Positions 59,090 to 64,000 of a stretch of 64,000 bases of DNA are shown here, in pieces. Position numbers and translations under genes: made by a program. The stretch's first letter is position 1. Each line of letters starts with the position of its first letter. The notes under the pieces are model-generated. The model ran no database searches. It had not been told where the DNA came from and worked only from the letters and a program-made list of their open reading frames with translations. The stretch lies in assembly GCA_951406725.2 (NCBI GenBank), contig OX597832.1:56110001-56174000 (forward strand), given 5' to 3'. The stretch is from Octopus vulgaris. Its lineage: Eukaryota.

Positions 59090-59162
59090 GAAAGAATTAT
59101 CACTATGGGCTCCGTGTGGGCAGTCATCTAAAAGTTTTTGTTCATCTTGATGCTGACATAAG

Positions 59163-59261
59163 TTCCTTGTTTTTCCTAATGAGAAGGCGACATAATGCAC
59201 CCCTTATTCCTTCGAAATTAGGAATATGCCGCCTTCGAAACATATGTCGAGAATAAAGGAA
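59163..59261 (+). ncRNA. Type I hammerhead ribozyme with G5A substitution
   Basis: UUUUC-CUAAUGA-GAAGGCG...CGCCUUC-GAAAC-AUAU-GUC-GAGAA, extended stem I; in (AT)n-flanked element 59086-59447. Confidence 0.72.
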
Positions 59262-59445
59262 TTTTGTTAAATCGTCGTTCAACTCCATTCTTTCATTTAT
59301 TTGTATTAAAAAAACACAAATTTCCACACGAAAGCGCGTGATCTCTGCCCTTGGCATGTAGCTTCAACTGTGTTTTTCTGACGTGAATTTGCTACCCAGG
59401 TATCGGTTAACCGAATTATCCATACTAAGATAATTCATTCAACTA

Positions 59446-59501
<56 letters not shown>

Positions 59502-59904
59502 GGTGTGTGTGTGTGTGTGTTATTGTGAAGCTATAGATACCTCTTGAAGGGATGTTAGCATCCAAGTTTCACCGATAAATCCTATGTATCGGTGAAATAT
59601 GAAAAAGGATATTAGATTTTCATCGATTTAACTGGGTATATTTTCATTTATGTGTAAGATAAGAAGAAAATGTTGAGTCTAACAATGACCACTCGATCGA
59701 TTATGATGCGATTCCTCGTCTGTGTCGATTTCTCACCCTGAAGAAATATTCTTCAAATCACGACATTCAAAATGTATCTTTGATTTATTATTTGTAATTT
59801 GAATGAATTGAATAGAGAAACAATTGTAGGTAATTTGAAATTGATGTTATGCTAATAAATTGATGTTTATCTGTTGATCTCTTCATTTTCTTTTTTATCT
59901 TCTA

Positions 59905-62210
<2,306 letters not shown>

Positions 62211-62394
62211 TGCATGCCTGATTAAATAATAGCTGATTTCCATAATCTGGCTTTACGGAAGTCCTCTAAATATCCTTATTACTCATTAGATTTCTGTGCA
62301 ATCTTTACAGCACGCCATCAGCATCAGTGCGGCAGCATATTGTTGGACCACGCCAAGGAACCTATTTAGAAATGCTCTAATAATGTACACGTAT

Positions 62395-62680
<286 letters not shown>

Positions 62681-62726
62681 ATATATATATGTAATCAAAA
62701 ATAAGCAACAAGAATGACTCCGGTAA

Positions 62727-62814
62727 TTTGGTACAATTGTTTCACACTACAACATTTTATTAAAAGTTGTAATTATTACAGCAGATTTAAGATGTTGAGT
62801 GCTCTTCAGCCAAA
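62727..62814 (-). ncRNA. Type I hammerhead ribozyme, complete core
   Basis: UUUGG-CUGAAGA-GCACU...AGUGU-GAAAC-AAUU-GUA-CCAAA. Confidence 0.82.
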
Positions 62815-63123
62815 AATATAGGTTTTCCAATAATACAAAAGCTTTTAAATCAAGTAGTAACATTTTAGAGAAGGTAGATATACAGATAAAGATGTAGTGC
62901 GAAACGATCGTACCAAATTACCGGAATCATTCTTGTTGCTTGTTTTTGATTATAATCACCCCGCAAATTTCTATGGATAACACCATACAAAATTCTGGTG
63001 CATCAAAATTAAGTACCATATTCATTTGAATCTAAATTGTTGCTGAACTTATATATATATATATATACATGTGTGTGTGTGTGTGTGTGTGTGTATTTGT
63101 GTGTGTGTGTGTGTGTGTGTGTA

Positions 63124-63156
<33 letters not shown>

Positions 63157-63157
<1 letters not shown>

Positions 63158-63345
63158 TTTACTTGTTTTAGTCTTTTGACTACGGCCATGCTGGAGCACA
63201 GCCTTTAGTCGAGGAAATTGACCCTAGGACTTATTCTTTGTAAGCCTAGTACTTATTCTATCGGTTTCTTTTGCCGAATCGCTAAGTTACGAGGACGTAA
63301 ACACATCAACATCGGTTTTCAAGCGATGTTGGGGGACACACAAAG
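63157..63345 (-). mobile_element. SINE family B, 3' half
   Basis: Tail match. Confidence 0.82.
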
Positions 63346-63395
<50 letters not shown>

Positions 63396-63911
63396 TAAGT
63401 CCAAGAACTGTGGTTATGATATTGCACTTATTCCTTTTTTACGGCCGTTTCGACAATGCAGGGTTTCAGATAAATATGGAATATAAAAGAAAATTAGTGT
63501 ATAATATTACAACATACTGCATGTAATACAGTATAATATCATTTATATTCATATTCCAGATATAACTCAACCGTATATAAATGCGATTCCATAAGCTTCA
63601 TTCTTTAACTTACCTTTTTATACTCCGAGGCTAATAAGATATCTCTGGAATTTCAATTTGTACGAAGGGATTCTTTACGGTATGTCTTTCGAAATCCCCT
63701 TTAATTTGATACATGCATACATATATATATATACATATACATATATACATATATACATACATACATACATACATGCATACATACATACATACATACATAC
63801 ATACATACATACATACATACATACATACACATATACATATACATTGGATGACATAGATAGATAGATAGATGGATAACAGACAGACAGACAGACAGCTTGA
63901 TAAAGAGATAA

Positions 63912-63943
<32 letters not shown>

Positions 63944-63948
63944 GCGGG

Positions 63949-63996
<48 letters not shown>

Positions 63997-64000
63997 TAGA

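Overview
AT-rich, repeat-dominated eukaryotic DNA. The SINE families and extreme microsatellite load point to an octopus or other cephalopod genome (inference). No host gene can be called, and nearly all ORFs in the track are microsatellite artefacts. Supported content: three tRNA-derived SINE families (some TSD-flanked multimers), a deleted mariner, a Tc1/mariner-superfamily element carrying a piggyBac-type MITE, a fossil hAT/Buster transposase, R4/Dong-clade LINE pieces in (TAA)n arrays, RTE 3' ends, and a 5'-truncated Penelope-like element (PLE; RT thumb + GIY-YIG) in (AT)n. The main hidden signal is RNA-level: about a dozen type I hammerhead-ribozyme motifs (intact, variant or decayed), mostly in short (AT)n-associated elements. 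Their stem III takes six different sequences that are all palindromes, the signature of dimer-cleaving PLE hammerheads. They include a family with a conserved A6U core variant and fold-back insertions, one breaking inside the ribozyme. All structures were paired by eye, not computed.
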